From positions 10,602,001 to 10,666,000 of the forward strand of contig JBHGNT010000004.1 in the NCBI GenBank assembly GCA_043228905.1: a stretch of DNA of 64,000 bases. Direction: 5' to 3'. Below the pieces are notes generated by a model that ran no database searches, was not told where the DNA came from, and saw nothing but the letters and a program-made list of their open reading frames with translations. Positions 42,951 through 54,620 of this stretch are shown here, one piece after another. The position numbers and the translations under genes are program-made. The first letter of the stretch is position 1; every line of letters starts with the position of its first letter. This stretch comes from Azolla caroliniana (Eukaryota > Plantae > Polypodiophyta).

Positions 42951-45900
42951 CTGATCTTACTCGTCTCTGTCGATGTCGTACTCCAACATCTTCTTCTTCC
43001 CCTTTTCCTTGCTTGTGAACCGTCTCCTCGGTTCCTCACGTGGGGAGAGCACAACCGAGTCATCATTGCTCGCCGACTCATCATCTTGCTAGTCCTTCCG
43101 ACTCAGTGCTTCATTCGGCCCGCTTAGCCGAAATGGGATCATACTTTCATCTAGAGTGCCGATGTCTTCTTCGTCTTCAACCCGGATCGTTTCAGGCTCA
43201 CTGGCCTCATCCTCCGGAATCGGGTCAGAGTCGGACAACGAAGCCTGTAGAGAGTACCTTGATGCTGACTCATCAAATTTGACATCTCGGCTCACTTGAA
43301 CTTGTTTTGTCTGGGGGTTATAGCACTTATACCCCTTCTGCTCATGAGAGTAGCCGAGTAGTATGCATCTCTCCAACTTTGGGTCCAACTTCCTTCGCTT
43401 CTCATCTGGTACATGCACATAGGCTATGGTACCAAATATCCTAATGTGCCTCAAGTTCGGCTTCCGCCCGAAATACAGCTCGTGTGATGACACCTTATCC
43501 CCAATCCGGTTTTGGATGTAGATGGTCACCTGGACCACTGCAGCCTAGTAAACTTGCGCATGCTCTTCTCCTCTAGCATTGCCCTTGCCGTGTCGACAAT
43601 TGACCAGTTCTTTCTTTTGGCCACACCGTTTTGTTCCGGTGTGTATCTGCAACAAAATTCTCTCTGAATTCCAATTTTTTGCAGATAATCATTGAATTGG
43701 CTAGAAAAATATTCTTTTCCGCCATCTGACCGTAGGCACTTGATCTTCCTTTCCGTTTCCCATTCAAGTGGACTTTGCAAGTTCCGGAAACAGTCGAAAA
43801 CTTCGCTTTTCCTTTCTATTAGGTAGATCCATGTGTGCCGGTTGTGGTCACCGATGAAGGAGACGAAATATCAGCTCCCGCCAAGACAAATGTTTTGAGC
43901 CGGTCCCCATACATCCGAATGTATTAGATTGAGCTTGTTACGGTTCCGGTTTCTTTCGATGGGAAAGGGAAGTTAGTGTTGCTTCCGAGTTGGCAGGCTT
44001 CACAAATTTGGGTTTTCCGGCCACTAAATTTCGGCAATTTGAAAACAACTTGTTTCGATTGCAGATCTTGGAGCCTCTGGTAGTTGAGGTGGCCGATCCG
44101 CTTGCGCCAGAGATCGATGTCTGATTCGATCTTTTGTCCTTTTGCGAACATAGTGGTGCCGCTGTCGTTGGTGTCAAGGTGTCAAGGTGTCAAGACGGAG
44201 AGAGAGAGAGAGAGAGAGAGAGAAAGGTATAGCGCTAAGACAAAGAAAGAGAGAGAATTGAAAGGGAAATATTGTATTATAGAGTAAACTGGATTATAAT
44301 GAGTAGGCAACAGAGTGTTACAAAATGGCATTGAACCGATTTAGGTTGGGATGATTCATAGATCCCTATTTATAAGTAATAGAGAACACTCTAGAATATT
44401 CTAGGTCATCCTAGAATGTAAAGTGATCTAGAAGGTTTCTAGAGTATTCGAGAAGGTTCTAGTGTATGGAACACTCTAGAATATTCTAGGTCATTCTAGA
44501 ATGTAGAGTAATATATACTATTCTTATGATATTAGATTATATATTCTAAAAACTATACATATAAGAATATTAATATAATGGTTAAGGATTTGACATGTGT
44601 ACAACAAGGTCGTGGGTTCAAACCCTTTCGAGGCATGATGTGGGTATCATCATGACACTGTCCCCCTACTTCGACGACACGTCTCACGGGTCGTAGGGTT
44701 TGCATTAGGACCTGGTTTACGAGGATATTGGCGATGAAATGCAGTGACAAGATTTGCGGCAGGTTCCCAAGTTCGATCATAGTAGTCTTGATGTTGTGCT
44801 CGAGAAGCCATACATGATCCCCAACGTGGAACTTTTTTTAGGAGTCTAGGCGATGACGATCCGCAAGCCTCTTGTGTGTAACTTGAGCATCATGCAAATT
44901 GTGGAGAATGGTAGCATGAATTTCTTGGAGGCGACTAAGACGATCCTCAACAACAAGGTTGGTAGGAACATCTGGATGTGCATTTATCGTCCACCGAGGA
45001 TGACAGTCTGTATTTGCGGAAAATGGGGAATATCCTGTAGAAGAATGGGCTGAGTTGTTGGAATCGAATTCAGCCAAGTGCAAAAAATCAACCCAATCAT
45101 CTTGTTGATAAGTGATGAAACAACGATGATATTGCTCCAAAGTCTGGTTGGTATGCTCAGTTTGGGCATTAGTTTCTGGATTATAGCCCGAAGAAAGCTT
45201 AACCGAAATATGGAGAAGTTTGAACATGTGCTTCCAAAACTTTGATATGAATTGTGGACCACGATCACTAATAATATCATCCGACAAACCATGATGCCTA
45301 AATAGCTCCCGCATAACGAGATTGAAAACCTCTTGACTTGTAATAGGGCAAGAAATGTGCCATTTGGTAAGTTGATCAACCACTGTGAGAATTGCATCAA
45401 AACCTTTTGAAACTGGGATATCGGTGAAGTTTGAACATGTGCTTCCAAAACTTTGATATGAATTGTGGACCACGATCACTAATAATATCTTCCGACAAAC
45501 CATGATGCCTAAATAGCTCCCGCATAACGAGATTGAAAACCTCTTGACTTGTAATAGGGCAAGAAATGTGCCATTTGGTAAGTTGATCAACCACTGTGAG
45601 AATTGTAATAAAATCCAAGGATATAGACTTCCAAGGATTTTTCGGAATGGGAAGTGGTTGTAGTAAGCCATAGGATCAGTATCGAGGACTGTTTGATCGA
45701 CAACATATATCACAACTACGAACATACTCTTTGATCGACAACAGAAAACCACCATGCCAATAAAACTGATGATAGTCCTTACGAGGGTTTTTCGACTGCG
45801 AGCAAGAAGCACGATCTGGGACGATATGATCCAAAACATCCTTGGTGAATTCATTAGTGGCCATATGATCTCGAATGGAATCAAGAAGAGTGGAATCTTC

Positions 45901-46540
45901 AAGAGTTGTTATGACATTGACTACCATTAATTGTAGGCGATTAGGACCCAAAAGGATTTGTTTTTTAAGCTCAAATGCAGGTTCCCCTGGACAAAGTTCC
46001 ATATAAGATCGCCAATAAAGAGCATATGTTTTGCCTTGTTGCATCCCAGGGCAATATATGATGACAAAGTCGAAATGAGTCAAAAATTGCCCCCACCGGG
46101 CTTGTCGCCGACTCAAGACTCGAGCATTTTGGAAATATGTCAGGTTCTTATGATTGTTGTAAACAATGATCTGCTGAGAAGAACCTTCTAGAAAATGTCG
46201 CCATTTTTGAAAAGAATTCACAATTGCAAGAAGTTCATTGTCAGGGATCTTGTAGTTGATCTCTACAGCTTCAAACTTTCGGGAATGAAAGGTGACAGGG
46301 TGTAGCTGTCCATCATCTCCAGTCTACGATAGGACACTCCCTAGTGCAAAATCTGATGCATCGGCTTCAAGGATAAAGCGTTTTGTTGGGTCGACATGTG
46401 CTAAGATAGGTGCCGTTGTAAATGCTCGTTTTAAGCTTTCGAATGCCTAAACTGCATTTGAACTCCATATAAATGGCTGATTTTTGTGTGTGAATTGAGT
46501 GAGCGGAAGCACGACCTTGGAATAATCTTTAATAAATTTT

Positions 46541-49500
46541 TGTTCAGAATCAAGCTCAACTTGGTCTAGTGTGTGAACTCACCTTGAGAGTGAATAGACA
46601 CTCCAACGGTCAAGAGTCACCATTATGTCACCACTTGGTATTCTAGCATTTAGTATGAGTCATAAAATCATATTCTATGACAAATAACTTATGAGCTTTC
46701 ACATTCCCCATGCTCCATGAGTCTTGTAGTTAATGAAGAGAGAGGGTGACTATATAAAGCACCCTCCTCCCACCTTGTATAACGTTGAGTCTTTCTCCTT
46801 TCTTAATATACTTTACCTTGCGTATTCTCTGTCTCTCTCACTCTCTCACTCTGTCTCTCTCATAGACACACACAGTTCATACCTATTCCGCTACACAGAA
46901 TCCATCTCTTGATTCTTGACATGGTATCAGAGCGAGGTTGGTAGCTCGATCTAGCCCATTCGCGTGCATTGTGTCCTACGCCGATGACCAAGAACCGGCC
47001 CATCACTATCGTAGCTTCGCTACATAGCTCGCATTCGAAGAGAGAAGAAGAAGAAGAAGAATCGACATAATGAATACTTAAATGGGGAGCACTCTCCCTA
47101 CCGAGAAGTTGGATCGAAACAACTTCGCATCTTGGGAGTACAAGATGCACCAATACCTTGTCGGACAAGGCTATTGGAGCTACATCAAAGGAGAGCACGA
47201 AGAACGACCCCCGGAAGTGGCTCCCGAATACGCGACATGGGAGCAAGCTGCAAGCCGCAAGCCACTTAATGTATTGCTTGGCGGCATGTGTTCACGATCA
47301 CATGCTCGGCTACATTCGCGAAGCCAAGGGGCCGAAGGAGGCATGGGAAAATCTACGAAAGATTTTCGCGGCGAACACAACCGCAAGAAGGCTTCAACTC
47401 CACCAAGAGTTGAACAACATTCAACAAAGGGACATGTCCATCACAACATACACCTTGAAGATCAAGGAGTTTTGCAACTCGCTCGGCTCGATAAGCGTAA
47501 ATATCGATGATGATGAGATGGTGCAAATATGCCTCGGCGGCATCGCACCACGGTTCGGCGCGATGCGAACCGCCATTCTAGCAAGGGAGAAATCTCCCTC
47601 CTTCTTTGAGCTATCAATGCTATTGGTCGAAGAAAACCACGTGCGTACAAGGAGCAATGAGTCGGAAGGTCACATGCTCTACACGCACTCGAACGGAGGA
47701 AGAGGACGCAGACGAGCGAGGGGCCGATTCGGCCAAGGACAAGGCGGACAAGGTCCGACCTACGACAACAACTCCCAATTTTGGCCGCAAAACGGAAGCC
47801 AATGGGGAACCTTCACAAGAAGGGGGAGCTTCCACTCCGGCCCGAGCCGTCAAAACGCAACCGAATGTGGATATTGTGGAAAGCTCAGCCACGACAAAGA
47901 AGAGTGCCGAAAGAAGATGCACGAATTAGCCTCCACAAACTGACAACTTAAGAATTACGCGCACAATTCCGACTACGAAGAGTATAGTGGAATGTACGGG
48001 CACAACTCCTACTACGAAGATCATGGCCAAATGTATGCACACAACTCTGACCGTGGCGGAATGTTCATGATGAAACATATAGCAATCTCTATGTTGGCCT
48101 CTACCTCAACTAGTGCCCTCAATCCGGAGGATGTATGGTTTGTTGACTACGGAGCTTCAAACCATATGACATCTCATAAAGAATGGTTTCTCGAACTTTG
48201 AGAGCCGCAGCGACCCGGTAATGTCGAAACCGGAGATGGCACTACGCACCCGATTCGGCACATCGACAATGTTCCGTTCGGCGAAAGAGGTAAGCAAACA
48301 TACATTAAAAATGTCTTGCATGTTCCCACCATCACGAAGAATTTGGTCTCGGTTGGCCAAATGGTTGAGCAAGGGATGCAAGTACGATTCGACCAAGAAG
48401 GGTGCTTCATCGCAAAAGAGGGTTGAATCATCACACGTGGAAGAAGAGAGGGCTGGATGTTCATTCTCAATTCACACGAGATGAAATCCGCCATGTTCCC
48501 AAAGAGCACGAAAGCCGACTCCAACATAGAGCTATGGCACAAGCGAATCGGCCACATCAATCTCAACAAACTCAAAGCAATGAAATCAAAAGGAGTCGTC
48601 ATCAGACTCTCGACATTCAAAGAGAAGGAGATTGAAGGTGTATGCGAAGCATGCCAATATTATGTGCTCTTCATCGACGACTTCTCCAGGCACACGTAGC
48701 TCTATCTGATGCGGCAAAAGAACGAAGTGTTCGGACACTTCCAAAGGTTTTAAAACGAAGTTGAAAAAGCCACCGGTCGTCATGTACGATGCCTTCAATC
48801 GGATGGCAGCAAGGAGTACTTCTCAGACGATTTCACGGCTCCGAAAGGAAGGAATTCGGCGAGAATTCACTTGCCGATACACTCCGCAACAAAACGGAGT
48901 AACCGATCGCAAAAATCGGCACATCCTCGAAGTAACGCGGGCCATGATGAATGAGAAGCATATGCCCAAGTCATATTGGGCCGAAGTTGCAAATATAGCC
49001 GTCTACCTAATGAACCGATGCACAACATCCGGAGTGCACAAGGTCACTCCGCACGAAAAATACTTCGGAAAGAAGCCGGACTTATCGCACACCCGGATAT
49101 TCGGTGCGATAGCGTACGTGCACATCCCCAACGAGAAGCGTCAAAAGCTTGACCTGAAGTCGGAGAAATGTATCCTCGTAGGATACTCACTAGAGCAAAA
49201 GGGCTACAAGTGCTACAACCCCTCAACTCGAAAATCTCGAGTAAGTCAGGACGTCGTTTTTGACGAATCCACATCCTGGTATGCACCAGAGACAACTTCG
49301 ACTTCGCTCGACCCAGAATCCGTCAAACAAGAGATAGAGGATGAAGATCTCCTTACGCGCATGTTCGAAGAAAGTCCGATCATGACCCAACTGAGCGGAC
49401 CACAGGAGCCTTAGAGTGATCAAAGCACATCACGGCCTAGCCCGAAGATGGACAAAGGCAAGGCGAAAATGTCGGAATACAAAGACGATCACTTCGACGA

Positions 49501-51918
49501 CGATGAGTCGACTGACTCACTCAACAGTGAGTTTCGCGGCTTCGATGTACCAATCGGAGTTAAGAAAGCCCTCATCTCTGCAAATGAAAAGCTTCGTCGC
49601 TCCACCCGTGAAAAGAATCCGGTCAGCCAATTCGGCTACAACGACTACATGGCATATCACTATGCCTTTATGATGAAGGTGGCGATAGTACGCGAGCCGG
49701 AAACATTTTCCGAAGCAGCCAAGGATCCGCGATGGATCGAAGCCATGAACGACGAGATGGAGGGACTACACAAGAACGAGACGTGGGATCTCGTTCCCAC
49801 CTCACCACACAAAAAGGCTATCAGCTGTAGATGGATTTACAAAGTGAAGTACAACGCCGATGGTTCCATTAACTACTACAAAGCGCGACTCGTAGCAAAA
49901 GGCTACGCACAAACACACGGAGTTGACTACGAAGAGACCTTTGCCCCGGTGGCAATGATGACAATAGTACAGACCGTAATTGCGCTTGTCGCGGTGAAAG
50001 GGTGGCACCTCCATCAAATGGACGTCAAGAACGCCTTTCTACAAGGCGAATTAGAAGAGGTGTACATGATACAACCACCCGGTTTCAACTCGAGCACCCA
50101 TCCAAAAGTTGTATGCCAACTCAAGAAGCCACTCTACGGTCTCAAGCAAGCACTGCGTGCTTGGCATTCGAAGATAACGCAATATATTCATCAAATCGGC
50201 TTCTGTATGTCAAAATCGGACAACTCCCTCTACATACGAAGTGATTCTGCAAGTTCGATCGTCATCATCTTATATGTGGATGACCTAGTCAATGGAGGTG
50301 AGCACCTCGTCGAAATCAATAAGGTCAAATCCCTCCTTTCCGACAAGTTCGAGATGACGGACGTGAAGGAGCTCCACTACCTCCTCGGCATCGAGGTAAT
50401 TCGGACTCTGGCCAGAATCATGATCTCTCAACGGCACTACATCCTCAACTTTTTATACAAGTTTGGTATGGCTAAGTGCAAATCCGTGGCAACCCCGCTC
50501 GATCGCAATCTAAAACTAGATGCGAACTCCGGCACCAAAGCGTGTGAGCCGACTCAGTATCGGCAACTCATCGGGAGTCTCATCTACCTCACGATCACTC
50601 GACCCGATCTCAGTTATCCGGTCGGTCTCCTTAGCCAATTCATGCAAGCACCGCATGATACTCACTTGGATTGTGCTAAGCGAGTTCTACGATATGTGAG
50701 CGGCACAATGGATTGCGGCATCCTCTACAAGACCGTGATGCCAATACAACTGGAGGAGTACACAGACGCCGATTGGGCCGGCTACAAAGCCGATAGAAGA
50801 TCAACCTCCGGATTTGTTTTTTCCCTCAGCAACGGAGCAATATCCTGGCACAATAAAAAGCAACCAACTGTCGCTCTTTCGAGCACAAAGGCGGAATACA
50901 GGAGCGCGGCAATGGCCGCATGTGAAGCCGTATGGCTCAAAAGGATACTCAAGGATCTGGGCGTACCCATCAAGGATCTGACTTCCCTTTACTGCGACAA
51001 CATGAGCAGTATCCATTTGGCTCGGAACCCGGTGTTCCGCGCGCGGACAAAGCACATCGAAGTGCACTATCACTTCATCCGAGAGCGCGTTCTAGCTGGT
51101 GATGTCGACCTACAACACATTAGCACAAATCTTCAAACGACCGACATCTTCACTAAAGCCTTAGGAGCCGACAAGCTATGACAATTCATGACTGATCTTG
51201 GATTGACGATCCCTGACCTACCAAGCTTGAGGGGGAGTACTGAAGAAACTACGCAATAACGTGTGGATTCCGCAACTGCGCAATGAAGACACTACGCAAT
51301 AACGTGTGGATTTTGCAACCGTGCAACGAAGCTGCGAAGAGCCGATCTACCGCGCAAAGCCGCGAAGAAAGACGCAAGCCGAAGCACAGACTCCGCAACT
51401 ACGCACAACGCAAGCTGGAGCACGGATTCCGCAACTCCGCATAAATGCGAGTCGACACGAGTCGACGTGGACTCTGGAACGCGAGTCGAAGCGGATTTCG
51501 GATACCGTCTGAAACCGACCCGACTTGAGCTTGAGGGGGCGTGTTGAGAATCAAGCTCAACTTGGTCTAGTGTGTGAACTCACCTTGAGAGTGAATAGAC
51601 AATCCAACGGTCAAGAGTCACCATTATGTCACCACTTTGTATTCTAGCATTTAGTATGAGTCATAGAATCATATTCTATGACACATAACTTATGAGCTTT
51701 CACATTCCCCATGCTCCATGAGTCTTGTAGTTAATGAAGAGAGAGGGTGACTATATAAAGCACCCTCCTCCCACCTTGTATAACGTTGAGTCTTTCTCCT
51801 TTATTAATATACTTTACCTTGCATATTCTCTGTCTCTGTCTCTGTCTTTGTCTCTCTCATAGACACACACAGTTCATACCTATTCCATTACACAGAATCC
51901 ATCTCTTGATTCTTGACA
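46541..51918 (+). mobile_element. Full-length Ty1/Copia element nested in the chromovirus RT/RH junction (LTRs 46541-46921 and 51542-51918)
   Basis: TSD ATTTT, PBS TGGTATCAGAGC, gag-PR-INT-RT-RH, PPT GAGGGGG. Confidence 0.95.
49448..51181 (+). CDS. Copia RT-RNase H portion (577 aa open stretch)
   Basis: [46 protein letters not shown]. Confidence 0.9.
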   Translation: MDKGKAKMSEYKDDHFDDDESTDSLNSEFRGFDVPIGVKKALISANEKLRRSTREKNPVSQFGYNDYMAYHYAFMMKVAIVREPETFSEAAKDPRWIEAMNDEMEGLHKNETWDLVPTSPHKKAISCRWIYKVKYNADGSINYYKARLVAKGYAQTHGVDYEETFAPVAMMTIVQTVIALVAVKGWHLHQMDVKNAFLQGELEEVYMIQPPGFNSSTHPKVVCQLKKPLYGLKQALRAWHSKITQYIHQIGFCMSKSDNSLYIRSDSASSIVIILYVDDLVNGGEHLVEINKVKSLLSDKFEMTDVKELHYLLGIEVIRTLARIMISQRHYILNFLYKFGMAKCKSVATPLDRNLKLDANSGTKACEPTQYRQLIGSLIYLTITRPDLSYPVGLLSQFMQAPHDTHLDCAKRVLRYVSGTMDCGILYKTVMPIQLEEYTDADWAGYKADRRSTSGFVFSLSNGAISWHNKKQPTVALSSTKAEYRSAAMAACEAVWLKRILKDLGVPIKDLTSLYCDNMSSIHLARNPVFRARTKHIEVHYHFIRERVLAGDVDLQHISTNLQTTDIFTKALGADKL

Positions 51919-54565
51919 ATTTTCGATAAAAATTTGCCAACCCGAGAAAACATTGCACATTGCACACTGAAAGGGACGTTTGCCACTCTAAAATTTCTTG
52001 TACCTTCATGGGGTCCATAGCAATACCATCTGATGATACAACATACCCCAAAAATTCCACTTGATTTTGGCCGAAACTACACTTTTCCAATTTTGCGTAG
52101 AGACCATATTCTCGGAGTCGACGCAATACCTGATGACACATGTTCATCATGCTCCTCTTGGGTCCTCGAGTAGATTAAAATATCATCCAGGTAAACTATA
52201 GTGAAGATATCAAGAAAATCTCAAAAAATATCATTTGCCATATGTTCGAAAATTGTAGGTGCATTCGTGAGACTGAATGGCATCACAGTATACTCAAAAT
52301 GTCCATAGAGAGTGCGAAAAGTTGTCTTCCATTCATCCCTTGGGCGAATCTGAACTAGATAATATGCATCGTGAAGGTCCAACTTCGTGAAATATTTTGC
52401 TCCACTGAGACGTTCCAAAAGATTCAGGATTAACGGTAAAGCATATCTATTCCAGATTGTCACTTTGTTTAGCCCTCGATAATCCACGACCAATCGAAGA
52501 GTCGCATTCTTTTTCTTAACGAAGAAGATAGGTGCACCAGCAGGGGATCTAGAATGTCGAATGAATCCGTTTGCCAGATTCTCATCAATATATTCCCGCA
52601 AAGTCTCTAGCTCTATAGAGGACATATTATAAATTCGTCCCCATGGAGGCTCTTTCCCTGGTTGTAAGTCAATAGGGCAGTCGTATGGTCGATGCTCTGG
52701 CAATGTATTGGCCTTCACCTTATCAAAGACATCTGAGAACTCTTTTTATTTCTTTGGTATTTTAATGTTTGCTTCATGTAAAGTGGATGATGGAGTTGCT
52801 ACTATTGCGAAGATGAACATGGCCTCGTCCCCCTTCCTCATGCAACTCTCGTAGAGAGATGGTCGATAACTCAGGGGATCTAGTATCACATGTCGAAGAG
52901 AGGGATGCAAGGTTTGTGCTTTTTTCCTGGGTCTCCTCAATTGTTCTTTTCATCCAATCAATCTTCGGGTTATGGAGTTTAAACAAAGGGAGACCTAGAA
53001 CTATTGGTTGTTCCGGACTGTGAATAATGTGGAAAGAGATTATGCTTGCCAAATCGCCAAGAACTATCGGAATTGGCTCAGACTCCTTGACTATATCTCC
53101 TGATACTATGGGACGACCATCAATGACTCCTACGACTACTAGGCTTGGGAGCTTATTCAAGAGGATGTTTTGTGACAAGGCAAATTCATGATCCATGAAA
53201 CAAGACTTGGCTCCAGAATCTAGGAGGGCAGAGAATAGGACTCGATGACATTTAGATGTGGTAAGCTTGACTTGTGCAGAAAAAACTCTACTCGCGTGAT
53301 TTGATGAAATGGAACCACGACTAGGAACTAACTCTACATAGCTAGGATGGACCAACCAAATGGCTCCTATTTTGGCCGAACTTACTTGTTTAACACATCT
53401 TCTAATTGGCTCAAGACATCGAATCTATTCTCATGGAATGGACTATGAGGCTTACTTATGTTATTAGAAGTAACAATGGAACTCGAAGTACGGTTGTCAT
53501 GGGAACTTACTTGGTATACTTGACATCTAGGTTTATGTGGACAATTTACAACTATATGTCTTGGACTACCACAATACAGGCATAGGCGATGCGTTCGACA
53601 TCGTTGCTTCTCAGCATCTCATAAAGGCCCACAACATTGTGTTGACTCTATTTACATCAGAGTTGGGCCATCCCTTATAATGGGTCTGGAAACTGATGGA
53701 GGTGTTGCGACTACGGAAGTGTAAGTCAATTCTGGTTGGCGGCATAACATTTGTTGTCACTCAGAATGTCGCTCAAATTATCACATCGCACAGCTCGACT
53801 AATGCCCTCAGTAAGAAACTTTAGATCTTCAGGAAAAGTAAGAAGAAGATCCTTGACATCATTACTCATACCTTGACGGAATTGATCCATTAAGGCCGCC
53901 TCATCCCAAGGGATATCGCATGCCAAGCTGACGCGGGACGATCTCCTTGTCGGAGCCTTCGACTCATGTTTATTGTTGTCCTAGTGTTGTCAGTGTCTCC
54001 GAAACCAGCTTGACACTCCTTAACAAATGCCTCGAAATCCTCCAACAATGGTGATTTCTTCTTGAGATGTGGTGCGAACCATGCTAATGTCGTACCGCAT
54101 AGCAAAGTTCCCACTAATCCCACATGAGCAGCGTAGTTGGATACCGATTGGGATCTAGTTGAATAACCAGACGAACTTGATTAAAAAAGCCTCAAAATAA
54201 AGACCTTGTACCATCAAACTTGGCAAGGAGGCTAATCTTTGGTTCTCTAGGGGAGTTTTGAGCCCCCAACGCTTGTTCTCGTAATGATAATATAGTCGCC
54301 TCGAGTTCGTGAACCCATTGTGATAACTCTTCATACTGTTGAGCTTTTTCGGTGCTTACTTGTTGTAGGTCTCAAAGTAGCCCTTGATTTTCATGCTCTA
54401 ATGCCACAAATTTACTCGTGAGCATGTCAAGCTCAGAACCAACACGCATATACTCCTGTTTGCTCACAGACTCCATAGCTTACGAGGGGAGAGGAGAAGG
54501 AAAAAGAGAACGTGTTAGGGTTTGTGGAAGGGGAAGGAATGAGAAAATCGATTCAAACTGTCAAG

Positions 54566-54620
<55 letters not shown>

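Noticed and set aside
44563-44636. Functional tRNA gene
   Set aside because: Acceptor and anticodon stems do not pair; reported only as a tRNA-like promoter module.
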